Origin: an uncultured bacterium
GTDB lineage: Bacteria; Patescibacteriota; Minisyncoccia; UBA6257; 2-01-FULL-56-20
Direction of reading: 5' to 3'
Assembly: GCA_963719425.1 (NCBI GenBank)
Contig: OY970382.1
Location: forward strand, 385,246-449,245
Length of the DNA: 64,000 bases
The notes below the pieces were generated by a model. It was given only the letters and a program-made list of their open reading frames with translations. It had not been told where the DNA came from and did no database searches. The stretch's first letter is position 1. Every line of letters begins with the position of its first letter. The translations under genes were made by a program, and so were the position numbers. Positions 27,094-36,387 of this stretch are shown here, one piece after another.

Positions 27094-28857
27094 ATTCAAA
27101 CGAAAGAAACAAAAGCCTGTCAGAATTGCAAAAACCAATTTACGATTGAGCCGGAGGACTTCGCATTTTACGAGAGGATTGACGTCCCGCCGCCGACATG
27201 GTGCCCAGAGTGCCGAATCCAGAGGCGATCGGTATTTTGGAACGAGCATTCCCTGTTCCGCAAAAAGGACGCCCTCACCGGAAAAGAAATATTTTCCACC
27301 TATCCCGAAGAGTCCCGCATTTCGATTTACGACCATGATTACTGGTGGTCAGACGCGTTCGATCCGATGCGGTACGGGCGGGAGTATGATTTCTCTAAAC
27401 CATTTTTTGAGCAGTTCAATACACTGTCATATGAAGTTCCGTGGCCTTCACGAGCGGTCCAAAGGTTGGTGAACAGCGATTACTCGAACCAAGCGTCAGA
27501 TGACAAAAATTGTTACCTTTGTTTCAACGGGAACTTTGGCGAAGACTGCCTCTATGGAGTTGCTTTCAACCGGACGAAGAACTGCGTTGACTTTTATCAA
27601 ATCCAAGATTGCGGGTACTCGTATGAAATCTTTTCAGTAAACAAGGGCTACAAGAATTTCTTCACCGTGGAGAGTGACAACTGCCGCGAATCATGGTTTT
27701 TGCTCAACTGCCACGATTGCGACCATTGTTTCGGCTGTGTGAACCTGTGGCACAAACAATACCACATTTTCAACGTCCCCTACTCAAAAGAGGAGTATGC
27801 AGAGCGGATAAAGAAGCTCAACCTGGGATCCTACGAATCCCTACAGAAAATACGCAAAGAAGTGCTTGCATTTCAGACGCGATATCCGCTGCGGTTCATG
27901 CACGGGGGAGGACTCAATACCAATGTCACCGGAGAGTACGTCTACCAGTCAAGAAATGCGCGGGATTGCTACCAAGGGGTGGCGATAGAAAATTCAAGGT
28001 TCGTGCAAAGCGTCTCTGACGGCGTCAAGGACTCATATGATTACACGAACTGGGGCCAGAACAGCGAATTGATTTATGAATCGGTAAGCATCGGGGAGGA
28101 TTGCCAGAGAATCAAGTTCTCCTTTGATTGCTGGCCCGCGTGCCAAGACGTTGAATATTCCATGAATTGCCACTCCTCTTTCGGATTGTTCGGCTGCGTC
28201 GGACTGAAAAAGAAAAATTACTGTGTCCTTAACAAGCAATATTCGAAAAAGGCCTACGAAGACCTGGTGGAAAAGATCAAGGCGCATATGAATTCAGTGC
28301 CGTATAAGGACAAGGCGGGAAGGACATACCGCTACGGCGAGTTCTTTCCGCCAGAATTCTCCCCTCTCGCCTATAATGATTCATCCGCGATAGATTACTT
28401 CCCGCTCAGCAAAGAGTCAGCGACAAAAGGCGGCTTTGCTTGGCGCGATGCTCCTCCCCAAAAATATGTAGCCGATGTCCTCGCTCGTAATTTGCCGGAT
28501 CACATAGACGATGCGGGGAAAGAGATCACGAAGAAGATCATCTCCTGCGGTGCCTGTTCAAAAGCATATCGGATAGTGCCGACCGAGTTTGACTTTTATC
28601 AACAGTTCGGCATTCCGCTGCCGCGGCTTTGCCACAATTGCCGCTTTTCGGAGAGACTGAAGTTCAAAAACCCACCGAGGTTCTGGCATCGCGCTTGCCA
28701 ATGCACAGGTCAAAAAAGCGAAAACGGCGCATATGCAAATACAGGAGTCCATTTCCACAAGGACACTCGTTGCCCCAACGAATTTGAAACACCCTATGCC
28801 CCCGACCGCCCCGAGATCGTGTACTGCGAGCAGTGCTACAACGCAGAAGTGGTGTAA
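27094..28857 (+). CDS. Cysteine-rich multi-zinc-ribbon protein. The track ORF starts at 27367, but the conserved-looking coding frame is open from 27091 with no canonical start.
   Basis: The same frame upstream of Met-27367 encodes ...KACQNCKNQFTIEPEDFAFYERIDVPPPTWCPEC.... That segment is an internal repeat of ISCGACSKAYRIVPTEFDFYQQFGIPLPRLCHNC later in the protein. Other repeats include CH..FGCVxL...Y.xxN..YSK..YE. There is no ATG/GTG/TTG between the stop at 27088-27090 and 27367. ATT at 27094 is the only start-like codon. Confidence 0.55.
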   Translation: MQTKETKACQNCKNQFTIEPEDFAFYERIDVPPPTWCPECRIQRRSVFWNEHSLFRKKDALTGKEIFSTYPEESRISIYDHDYWWSDAFDPMRYGREYDFSKPFFEQFNTLSYEVPWPSRAVQRLVNSDYSNQASDDKNCYLCFNGNFGEDCLYGVAFNRTKNCVDFYQIQDCGYSYEIFSVNKGYKNFFTVESDNCRESWFLLNCHDCDHCFGCVNLWHKQYHIFNVPYSKEEYAERIKKLNLGSYESLQKIRKEVLAFQTRYPLRFMHGGGLNTNVTGEYVYQSRNARDCYQGVAIENSRFVQSVSDGVKDSYDYTNWGQNSELIYESVSIGEDCQRIKFSFDCWPACQDVEYSMNCHSSFGLFGCVGLKKKNYCVLNKQYSKKAYEDLVEKIKAHMNSVPYKDKAGRTYRYGEFFPPEFSPLAYNDSSAIDYFPLSKESATKGGFAWRDAPPQKYVADVLARNLPDHIDDAGKEITKKIISCGACSKAYRIVPTEFDFYQQFGIPLPRLCHNCRFSERLKFKNPPRFWHRACQCTGQKSENGAYANTGVHFHKDTRCPNEFETPYAPDRPEIVYCEQCYNAEVV

Positions 28858-28957
28858 GGCAGTGGACAGTAAACACGGTGCTCAAAAAAACCCGCACACG
28901 TGCGGATTCTTTTGAACAAGAACATATTACCCATCGCTGGGCCCATTGCTAAGCCCG

Positions 28958-29413
28958 TTACTGGCCCGTTGGGGCGACGCTACCCCCGCTGCCATTGCCG
29001 CCGCCCCCGGGGCCGGGCGCATTGCCTCCGCGCACCTGGATGGTCTGCGCGGTTACGCTCCCGTCGGAATTCTGTGTCCCTCCGATGATCACGCTTGTTC
29101 CGGGTGCAAGATCACTTACGGACGCCGGCGAGGGTTTGATGACCGAGGTAGAACTGGAATAGAACACAACCTCGGAATTGCCGTTCGGAAGCTGCACCGT
29201 CAAGCTCTGCGCGTCCTTGGAGGTGATTTGTCCCGTCACGAAACCGCCGCCGCTCCCCGTGCGACCGCCCCCGCTGCGCGTTGAACTCGCAAAGGCGCCA
29301 CGCCCCGCAAACGAAGGGGAAGCCGTCGCCTTTCCGTAATACATGCCGCCCACGAATGCCACGATCGCGACGACAAGCCAGACGATATGCACGATATATT
29401 TTTTCATAAACAT
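28958..29413 (-). CDS. Membrane-anchored small protein with a Gly-rich region and a beta domain (DUF5666-like), hypothetical.
   Basis: 151-aa ORF at the distal end of the efflux operon. Confidence 0.5.
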   Translation of the reverse strand: MFMKKYIVHIVWLVVAIVAFVGGMYYGKATASPSFAGRGAFASSTRSGGGRTGSGGGFVTGQITSKDAQSLTVQLPNGNSEVVFYSSSTSVIKPSPASVSDLAPGTSVIIGGTQNSDGSVTAQTIQVRGGNAPGPGGGGNGSGGSVAPTGQ

Positions 29414-29440
29414 TTAACGATTGATTTTAACGACCTTTCG

Positions 29441-30682
29441 TCACTCATATCGCAACGCTTCAATAGGACTCAATCCTGCCGCGCGACGCGCGGGATAATA
29501 GCCAAAAACGATGCCGATGGCAGCAGAAACGCCGAACGCAAGGATGATAGAGCTCAACGACACGCTGGTCGCGATGGAAGTGAAATGCGTAACCAAGAAC
29601 GCGATCAGCCATCCAAGAATGATCCCGACCATCCCGCCGACGAAGGTCAACATGACAGATTCGGCGAGGAACTGGAGCGTAATGTCCTTCCGTTTTGCGC
29701 CGATCGCCTTACGAAGGCCGATCTCGCGCGTACGCTCCGTGACCGTCGTGAGCATCATATTCATGATGCCGATACCACCGACGAGGAGCGAGATGCCCGC
29801 AATCGCAGCGAGAAGCGTCGTAAAAGTACCCGTTACGGACGATGCCGCCGCCACGATATCTGCCTGATTCAGCACGTTAAAATCCGCCAGCGTCGGATCG
29901 GAAATATTGTGCCGTTGAAGCAAGAGGTTTGCAATATCATTTTGCGCCTGCGTCATAACCGCCTGGGTGGCAGCTTCCACATCAATCTCCGTGACGTAAG
30001 AAGTACTGCCCAAAAGAAAGTGCTGTGCCGTCGTGAGGGGTACATAGATCATGTTGTCCTGATTGTTGAACCCGCTACCGCCTTTAGAAACGGTAACGCC
30101 GACAACTTTGAAATCAAGATTTTTTATGCGAATCGTCTGCCCAATTGCCATATCCGGCGTCGCGGTGGCATTCGTGCTTCCGAAAAGATCTTGAAGCACC
30201 GTGGGACCGATCACCGCGACGCGGCTGGAGGCGGAAACGTCTGCGTCTGAAATGAACACCCCCTGCGCCACCTGTAGGTTGCGCACCTGGGTATACGCGG
30301 AAACCACTCCCATCACGCTCGTATTGGTATTCGTGCCTTTGTAAAGCACTTGGTACCGCCCACTCACCTCGGGCGAGATCGCCGCGACGCCCGAAAGCTG
30401 TCCGATGGCGGTCGCATCGTCGGGTGTGAGTGTTTCCGCGCTCCCCCGCCCCGCGCTCACCGTGGAACCAATGGAACGCTGCGTGCCCGGCATGATGATA
30501 AGAAGGTTGGAGCCGATGGACTGGATGCTGGACTGAATTGAACCTTGCGCGCCCTGCCCAATCGCCTGCAATGCGATCACGGACGCAATGCCGATCACGA
30601 TGCCCAACATCGTAAGCCCCGACCGCACTTTGTTTACGGTCACGGCGCCATAGGTTTCTTCAAAGAGATCTTGAGTGGTCAT
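29441..30682 (-). CDS. ABC transporter permease, MacB/FtsX-type.
   Basis: Two blocks of FtsX-type TM helices around a large extracytoplasmic domain, 413 aa. Confidence 0.85.
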   Translation of the reverse strand: MTTQDLFEETYGAVTVNKVRSGLTMLGIVIGIASVIALQAIGQGAQGSIQSSIQSIGSNLLIIMPGTQRSIGSTVSAGRGSAETLTPDDATAIGQLSGVAAISPEVSGRYQVLYKGTNTNTSVMGVVSAYTQVRNLQVAQGVFISDADVSASSRVAVIGPTVLQDLFGSTNATATPDMAIGQTIRIKNLDFKVVGVTVSKGGSGFNNQDNMIYVPLTTAQHFLLGSTSYVTEIDVEAATQAVMTQAQNDIANLLLQRHNISDPTLADFNVLNQADIVAAASSVTGTFTTLLAAIAGISLLVGGIGIMNMMLTTVTERTREIGLRKAIGAKRKDITLQFLAESVMLTFVGGMVGIILGWLIAFLVTHFTSIATSVSLSSIILAFGVSAAIGIVFGYYPARRAAGLSPIEALRYE

Positions 30683-30690
30683 GGCAAAAG

Positions 30691-31419
30691 TTATTGCAAT
30701 TCCTTTTCGTGCCGCGCGAGGCGTTTTTGATGATTTTTTTCGTCGCTTAAAATGTTTCCGTCGCGGATATGGATGATCCGGTCCGCGTGCTTCGCAATAT
30801 CATCTTCGTGCGTGATCAAGATGATGGTCTTGCCGTGTTGTGTGTTGAGTGTCTGGAACGTGTACAGCACCATCTCACCGGTTTTGGAATCAAGGTTGCC
30901 CGTCGGCTCGTCGGCGAGGATAAGCGCTGGATTGTTCACGAGCGACCGTGCAACCGCCACGCGCTGCATCATGCCGCCACTAAGCTGGTTTGAGTGATAC
31001 TGCCAGAACTCCTCAGGAAATGCTGAATCGCGGAGCGCTTGTGCAGCGATCGTTTCCCTTTTTTCCTTGGCAACCCCTTCGTAGATGAGTGGCAGGGAAA
31101 CATTGCGCAATACCGTCGTGCGCGGCAAAAGATTGAACGCCTGGAACACAAACCCTATTTTTTCCCGACGGATGTCGGCAAGCTCGTCATCCGAAAGTTC
31201 CGCAATATTCTTACCGTCCAAAAAATACTCGCCGCCCGAGGGCGTATCCAGCGCACCCAAAATGTGCATAAGGGTTGACTTGCCCGACCCCGACGGTCCC
31301 ATAACGGCGACGAACTCACCCTCTCCGATGGAAAACGTAATGCCTTTCAGAACTTCAGTGTCTATGCCGCCGGTGTGATAGGTCTTCCGGATATCATTGC
31401 ATTCAATGATGGTCTTCAT
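30691..31419 (-). CDS. ABC transporter ATP-binding protein (MacB/LolD-type).
   Basis: Walker [10 protein letters not shown], signature [15 protein letters not shown], Walker [12 protein letters not shown]. Confidence 0.9.
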   Translation of the reverse strand: MKTIIECNDIRKTYHTGGIDTEVLKGITFSIGEGEFVAVMGPSGSGKSTLMHILGALDTPSGGEYFLDGKNIAELSDDELADIRREKIGFVFQAFNLLPRTTVLRNVSLPLIYEGVAKEKRETIAAQALRDSAFPEEFWQYHSNQLSGGMMQRVAVARSLVNNPALILADEPTGNLDSKTGEMVLYTFQTLNTQHGKTIILITHEDDIAKHADRIIHIRDGNILSDEKNHQKRLARHEKELQ

Positions 31420-33224
31420 CTCCCTGGTGCGCCTCCCCCGCCGCCCCCGCCCAGAATGCGGAAGACGCTCGTCCCTCCACTCGTCACAGACCCTGCACTC
31501 GCCGACGCAGAAGAAGTAAGGGTTTGAGTAATAATTTGGTCGCCCGCGCTCACGCCCGAAGTGATCTCCGTGAACGTATCATCGGAAAGCCCGACCGTGA
31601 CTGGCACGCGCTTCACCGCGGGGAGTTCAACGCCCCCCGTCGCGCTCGCCGCAAGCGTTGAAGTGGAAACCGGCGTCGCGGGCTCTGTCACATAGCTCGT
31701 CGTCCCCTGCGCCGTGACCGCCGCATTCGGTACCGCGATGACATTCTGATGCACCTGCGTCACGATGTCCGCTGTCACGCTCATGCCCGGCTTCACCTCG
31801 CTCGTCCCTGACGCCTCTTCAAACGCAACTTGCACGTTGTAGTTCACGACGCCTTGGCTCACCGTTCCCACTGTGTCTATCTCCGACACAGTGCCCGCAA
31901 GCGAAAGATCGGGAAGCGCATCAAAAGAAAGCGTCGCTTTGTTGCCGATTGCCACCTTCGCTGCATCTACTTCGTTCAGGGTCACCTCGGCAAGCTCCCC
32001 TTGCGTCACCATACTCACGGCGGGCGACGACACTGTCGTCCCCACGATCGCAGGAACGGCGGAGATCACCCCGCTGATCGGCGCACGGATGGAACAATAT
32101 GCGAGGTTCTGCTCCGCGGTCGCAAGCGCATTTTGCGCGCTCTGAATGCTGATCTGCTGAGAAAGAAGGTTAAGCTGTGTCGGGCCAGCGACCAATTCCG
32201 CAAGCGTTTCGCTCGCCTGCGCAAGCGAAAGCTGGTCGTTCTCAAGGGTATTCTTGTCATTCGCAATGCCCACGATAACGTTCTCTACGCTTGAGACGTT
32301 GTTGTTGACCGCAGTGATTTCGGTGCCGAAGGTCGTCTGAAACGTGGTCGTGATCGTGGGAAGCGGGGCAAGCCGGTTATCCTTCGGATAATTATTCACC
32401 ACGTAGTTCAGAAGGTCATTGATCGCCTTCACGCTCGCGCTCACGAGCTGTGTCGTCTGATAGGTTTCCGAAAACAGCGTGTCAAGCGTGGTGCGATCCG
32501 AGTTCTGCGCGGCGGTATGGTAGTCGGCCAGGTTTTGCTGGTACGCGGTGAGGGCGGCGTTGTAGCTCGGCGCGACCGCGTTGCTGTACAACTGCGTGCT
32601 CGCCTGAAGATAGGTCGGCATGATGCTTACGTACGCATCAGGATTTTCCTGGCTTTTATTGATGTTGTTCCCAGTCACGAAGTTGCCCGCATCCGTGATG
32701 ACGCTCTGGAGGTTCACGAACACGGACGAGAGCGTGTCAAAACCGTTTTCATAATCCGAAACAAGCGTCGTAGAGGCATCAGGGATGCTTTGCTGCGCTT
32801 TTATAAGCGCGCTCTGGTCCTGGAGCAAGGTAGTCGTGGACATCTGCTGCAACTCTGCAAGGGAAAGCTCGGCCGACTGGAGCGACAATTGCGCCTGGTT
32901 CACCGCCCTTTGTTCGTTTGTTGTATCCAGCTGCACGAGGAGCTGCCCCGCCGTCACGTGGTCGCCCACGCTCACGTACACCTTCGTCACATTTTCGGAA
33001 ACCTGCGGCTTAATGTCTATGGACGTCACCGCCTGAACCTGCCCGCTTCCCGTGACCGAAGAAACGACTGTCCCGGGGGTTGCATCCTCTATAACATACT
33101 TAGTCACCGTCACCGTGCCCTGCGAGGAAGAATACCAATAATAACCGCCGCCAACCACAAGAATCACCACGATGGCGGAGATCACCTTGTGCGCACGTAT
33201 GCGTTCTCCTAATTTCTTAAACAT
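31416..33224 (-). CDS. HlyD/MacA-family periplasmic adaptor (membrane fusion protein) with a long coiled coil.
   Basis: N-terminal TM, biotinyl/lipoyl-like VQAVTSIDIKP...GDHVTAGQLLVQLD, coiled coil, C-terminal Gly-rich tail. 4-nt overlap with the ATPase gene. Confidence 0.8.
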   Translation of the reverse strand: MFKKLGERIRAHKVISAIVVILVVGGGYYWYSSSQGTVTVTKYVIEDATPGTVVSSVTGSGQVQAVTSIDIKPQVSENVTKVYVSVGDHVTAGQLLVQLDTTNEQRAVNQAQLSLQSAELSLAELQQMSTTTLLQDQSALIKAQQSIPDASTTLVSDYENGFDTLSSVFVNLQSVITDAGNFVTGNNINKSQENPDAYVSIMPTYLQASTQLYSNAVAPSYNAALTAYQQNLADYHTAAQNSDRTTLDTLFSETYQTTQLVSASVKAINDLLNYVVNNYPKDNRLAPLPTITTTFQTTFGTEITAVNNNVSSVENVIVGIANDKNTLENDQLSLAQASETLAELVAGPTQLNLLSQQISIQSAQNALATAEQNLAYCSIRAPISGVISAVPAIVGTTVSSPAVSMVTQGELAEVTLNEVDAAKVAIGNKATLSFDALPDLSLAGTVSEIDTVGTVSQGVVNYNVQVAFEEASGTSEVKPGMSVTADIVTQVHQNVIAVPNAAVTAQGTTSYVTEPATPVSTSTLAASATGGVELPAVKRVPVTVGLSDDTFTEITSGVSAGDQIITQTLTSSASASAGSVTSGGTSVFRILGGGGGGGAPGR

Positions 33225-33234
33225 GGAGCGTGAT

Positions 33235-33825
33235 CTAGTTTAGCTGCAGCTGCAGTTGTGGCTGCGGCTGCCCATCGGGCGACTGGGACAGTGGCGGCAC
33301 GGGGAGAGAAGACGATGACGCAAAGATGCGGACAAATTGTGCTTCAATTTGTCCGTTTTCGTTCGGCGCGCCGATCACGACCACGCCGTTGCCTACCTGC
33401 ACATCTGACAGCATAATCGTGCGATCGGCTTCCCGGATCACCGTAGCGGGCTCGATCGCGACCGAAGATTCGTCGCCGTCGGCGTCACGCACCGAGAGCG
33501 AAGAACTTGCCACATCAATCACTTCCCCCGCCACCCCGTGCCCATTCGCCATGCGCCCTGGCGGAAATTCACCAAAAAAATTGCGGTAATAATTCTCGCC
33601 GAACCGACCGACATAGAAGGCCCCGTGATATCCTACGAGCACTCCCGCGCCAAACACAAGGAGTACCACGATGGCTGCCCCCAATATCCAAAGGATCGTC
33701 CGCGTTTTTGAAGATTGCAAAAGGTCTTTCACGTTTTTTCGGGTTTGTCCCGTTACGACAGCATGGAAAACATGTGCCGCCCTTGCATAGACGCCATCTC
33801 GTCTATAAAGCGCGCTGCCGACCAT
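33235..33825 (-). CDS. Membrane-anchored hypothetical protein with a C-terminal beta domain. The start is probably internal.
   Basis: ORF overlaps the anti-sigma gene by 73 nt in another frame. A TM segment is present. Confidence 0.45.
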   Translation of the reverse strand: MVGSALYRRDGVYARAAHVFHAVVTGQTRKNVKDLLQSSKTRTILWILGAAIVVLLVFGAGVLVGYHGAFYVGRFGENYYRNFFGEFPPGRMANGHGVAGEVIDVASSSLSVRDADGDESSVAIEPATVIREADRTIMLSDVQVGNGVVVIGAPNENGQIEAQFVRIFASSSSLPVPPLSQSPDGQPQPQLQLQLN

Positions 33826-34226
33826 ACGGCGACAAAAATCCCTGAGAGGAGGACTGCGGCGGAAAACACCGGAAACGATTCCACGGCGGAAAGCATAAAG
33901 TCAGAGAAGCTTGCAATCACCGCGGAGAAATCGGAGAACAAAAGCGAGGAAAACATCACGAACCCCGATCGCGAGGCCTCTCGCACCACATCCACCGATC
34001 CATATACGATGAGTGCGACGGAAGCCGCAAGCAGCGCACCGGATGCAATGGTCTTTATCATCAGGCGGCGGCGCTCTTCTTTCTCAATCCGAAGCAAAAT
34101 CCGCCGCGCCAAGTCGGCGTGCGGCACAACCGCCTCTCCTTCAATACGTGAAAAAATTTTCTTCATTTGCTCACCACCCATGATTATTGCTACGAAGCAA
34201 TGGTTCTTTTTGGTGCGTGTTGCCAT
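33753..34226 (-). CDS. Putative anti-sigma factor (membrane protein) cognate to the upstream ECF sigma.
   Basis: Sits immediately after the sigma gene with a 1-nt overlap. A single TM splits a cytoplasmic N-domain from an extracytoplasmic region. Confidence 0.5.
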   Translation of the reverse strand: MATRTKKNHCFVAIIMGGEQMKKIFSRIEGEAVVPHADLARRILLRIEKEERRRLMIKTIASGALLAASVALIVYGSVDVVREASRSGFVMFSSLLFSDFSAVIASFSDFMLSAVESFPVFSAAVLLSGIFVAVWSAARFIDEMASMQGRHMFSMLS

Positions 34227-34810
34227 TAGGCGAAACTTGACCCGCCCGCATCTCCCGAGATCACCCGTCGGAGGAGTATGATCCCCCGCCGGTGTTTACT
34301 CTTTACGGTATCAATGGGTTCCCCCAGCGCTTCCGCGATTTCGCGAAACTTAAGGTGATCGCGGTAGCGCATGGCAAGCACCGCCCGGTACCCGGGCGGG
34401 AGAACTCCCAGGGCGCGTTCAACATCTGCCGCCACCATCTTGCGTTGAAGCAAGGCATCGGGAAGTTCCTGCGCGTCAGCATACGGAGCCAAAATCACGT
34501 CAAGCTGGTCGTCATCTTCGTTGATCTGCGAGAACAAAAGCGGTTTCTTCTTTTTGATAAGGTCAAGCGCGGCGTTCTTTGCGATCGTAAAAATCCATGT
34601 CTTGAAATTCTTTGTTGTATCAAACCGTTTGAGATTTTTCCACGCGCGCACGAACGTTTCCTGCGTCACGTCCTCGGTATCCGCGCCATGGCGGAGGTAA
34701 CGATAGGCAAAACGGTATACCCCGTCCATATGACGCGTGAGCAGTGCGGGGAATGCATCCTTATCCCCAGCGAGAACTGCACGCACAAGCTCCGCATCTG
34801 TTTGCTCCAT
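34226..34810 (-). CDS. ECF (sigma-70 family, group 4) RNA polymerase sigma factor.
   Basis: Region 2 (YRFAYRYL...DVTQETFVRAW) and region 4 (LKFREIAEALGEPIDTVKSKHRRG) motifs. Confidence 0.85.
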   Translation of the reverse strand: MEQTDAELVRAVLAGDKDAFPALLTRHMDGVYRFAYRYLRHGADTEDVTQETFVRAWKNLKRFDTTKNFKTWIFTIAKNAALDLIKKKKPLLFSQINEDDDQLDVILAPYADAQELPDALLQRKMVAADVERALGVLPPGYRAVLAMRYRDHLKFREIAEALGEPIDTVKSKHRRGIILLRRVISGDAGGSSFA

Positions 34811-34834
34811 AGTAATAGTATTGAAATCCTGTTC

Positions 34835-35395
34835 CTAATTCTCGCGCGTATAAAGCCCGACGAACGACGCCTCCGCGAGAAGGTGCTTACTTATCTCTGT
34901 TTCAAGTTCCGCCTTGCCGGAAGTACTTGCAAGATCAAGCAGCGCATCCAGCGCGTAAAGATGAAACCCGTAATGGTGCATTCCCGACGGCGGACAGGGA
35001 CCGATATACCCCGTGCGCCCCGCGTCATTTTTCCCTTCCACGCTTTCCGGAGGAACCCCGTTCTCTGCAATGGCCATCGTCGCAGGATTGATGTTCCAAA
35101 CAACCCAATGGGTAAATCCGCCCGCCCGCGGTGCATCTGGGTCGTGCATGATAAGCGCCAAACTTTTCGCGCCCGCCGGCACTCCTTCAATCCGCAACTC
35201 CGGGCTTGTGTTACTCCCGTCGCAGGTGAACTCCGCGGGAATCATTCCGCCATTTTTAAGTGATAGACTGGTAATGTTCATCATAGTGATTTCTGGTTCC
35301 CCTGGCCCCTGCCCCGATAACACCCAAAGCGTCACTGCTCCGAGCACCGCAAGCAAGACCACCGCAATTATAGCGCCTTTTCTCGTATGCATCAA
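34835..35395 (-). CDS. YbhB/YbcL-family phosphatidylethanolamine-binding protein (PEBP), secreted.
   Basis: DPDAP...HWVVWNI...GPCPP...H.Y.F.LYALD motifs. Confidence 0.85.
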   Translation of the reverse strand: MMHTRKGAIIAVVLLAVLGAVTLWVLSGQGPGEPEITMMNITSLSLKNGGMIPAEFTCDGSNTSPELRIEGVPAGAKSLALIMHDPDAPRAGGFTHWVVWNINPATMAIAENGVPPESVEGKNDAGRTGYIGPCPPSGMHHYGFHLYALDALLDLASTSGKAELETEISKHLLAEASFVGLYTREN

Positions 35396-35761
35396 TCAGC
35401 CCCCCTTCGATACGAATTCGTCGTACTCTTTGCGCACGAGGCCGACGATAACGGCACTGCGCGGCTTCGTGACTCCAGGATAGCGCCACGCGCTGATCAC
35501 TCTCCGATGTGGGCCGACGTCCTGCACCATCACCCAGATTTCCTGCGTCCATGTTTCTTTGCCCTTAATGGTTCTTTTGAACGAAGCCGGCTGCATCATC
35601 GCAACCGTCTTCGGCGCCACGCCCTCCTCCACGCGTTTTGGTGAATTGAGCACGCGCCGCACCCGTGCCTGCGACAATCTATAAAATCCCATCTTCGCCT
35701 GCGCGTGGAGGGTCCAGGAAAGGATCTTCGGCTTCGGAACGGTCGCAACGGAAAGCATCAT
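35396..35761 (-). CDS. Hypothetical small protein.
   Basis: 121-aa ORF directly abutting the PEBP gene. Weak call. Confidence 0.35.
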   Translation of the reverse strand: MMLSVATVPKPKILSWTLHAQAKMGFYRLSQARVRRVLNSPKRVEEGVAPKTVAMMQPASFKRTIKGKETWTQEIWVMVQDVGPHRRVISAWRYPGVTKPRSAVIVGLVRKEYDEFVSKGG

Positions 35762-35850
35762 CAGTATTATATCAATCGCGAATTAAATGTTGATAAAAAG
35801 GAAGGAGCCGCGCCCGAGGACGCGGCCCACAAAGAAGAAACCGGAACGGC

Positions 35851-36360
35851 TTACGAAACGAAAAGTTGCTCCACCGTTCTATAAAGGGCAACAGCGGGTA
35901 ACAGCGTTGCCACTGTTACCGCTGCGGATCCAAGCCAAACCCACATGGTTGCTCTGCCCAGCGGGAGAGGCATCAATGCCGCAATACATGTGCATATCGC
36001 CCACACACTGTACCCCAGCGCAAAAGAAATGAAACGCTGCCAAGCGCGGCACTGCTTGTGCTCCGGCGGACCTCCGATAACCTTCCGCCATGCCGTGGCA
36101 TATACCAGGGAATACACCACAATAGCCAGCGCAAGGCTAACCGCCGTGGTGCCGAAAGCAAACCAATAACCGTCGATGACATCTGTGAACGACACCAAGC
36201 GCTTAGAGATGGAGTCAGATAACCAAGACGCCAGCCCCCAGATAATGCAGGCCGCCTTAAATGACCCGCCCCGAAGCAACCACATCCTCCGCCGTGTGCC
36301 CATAAAGCCTCCATTCCGCGCAAGATATGCGCAAGATAATAACCAAAAACCTGAAAGCAA
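35851..36360 (-). CDS. Polytopic membrane protein, hypothetical.
   Basis: 169 aa with 4-5 TM helices. Confidence 0.45.
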   Translation of the reverse strand: MLSGFWLLSCAYLARNGGFMGTRRRMWLLRGGSFKAACIIWGLASWLSDSISKRLVSFTDVIDGYWFAFGTTAVSLALAIVVYSLVYATAWRKVIGGPPEHKQCRAWQRFISFALGYSVWAICTCIAALMPLPLGRATMWVWLGSAAVTVATLLPAVALYRTVEQLFVS

Positions 36361-36387
36361 TATAACCCAACCAAAAGGAAATTACCA

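Noticed and set aside
27038-27472. ORF 27038..27472(+), 144 aa, starting with ATG upstream of the Cys-rich gene.
   Set aside because: Wrong frame relative to the conserved zinc-ribbon coding (Arg-rich junk). It might only matter if a frameshift error links it to the downstream gene, which I consider less likely than the ATT / missing-start explanation.
29387-30250. ORF 29387..30250(+), 287 aa.
   Set aside because: Antisense to the FtsX-type permease gene, Arg/His-rich.
32517-35263. Plus-strand ORFs 32517..33212, 33715..34281, 34292..35263.
   Set aside because: Antisense to the HlyD, anti-sigma, sigma and PEBP genes, with no motifs.
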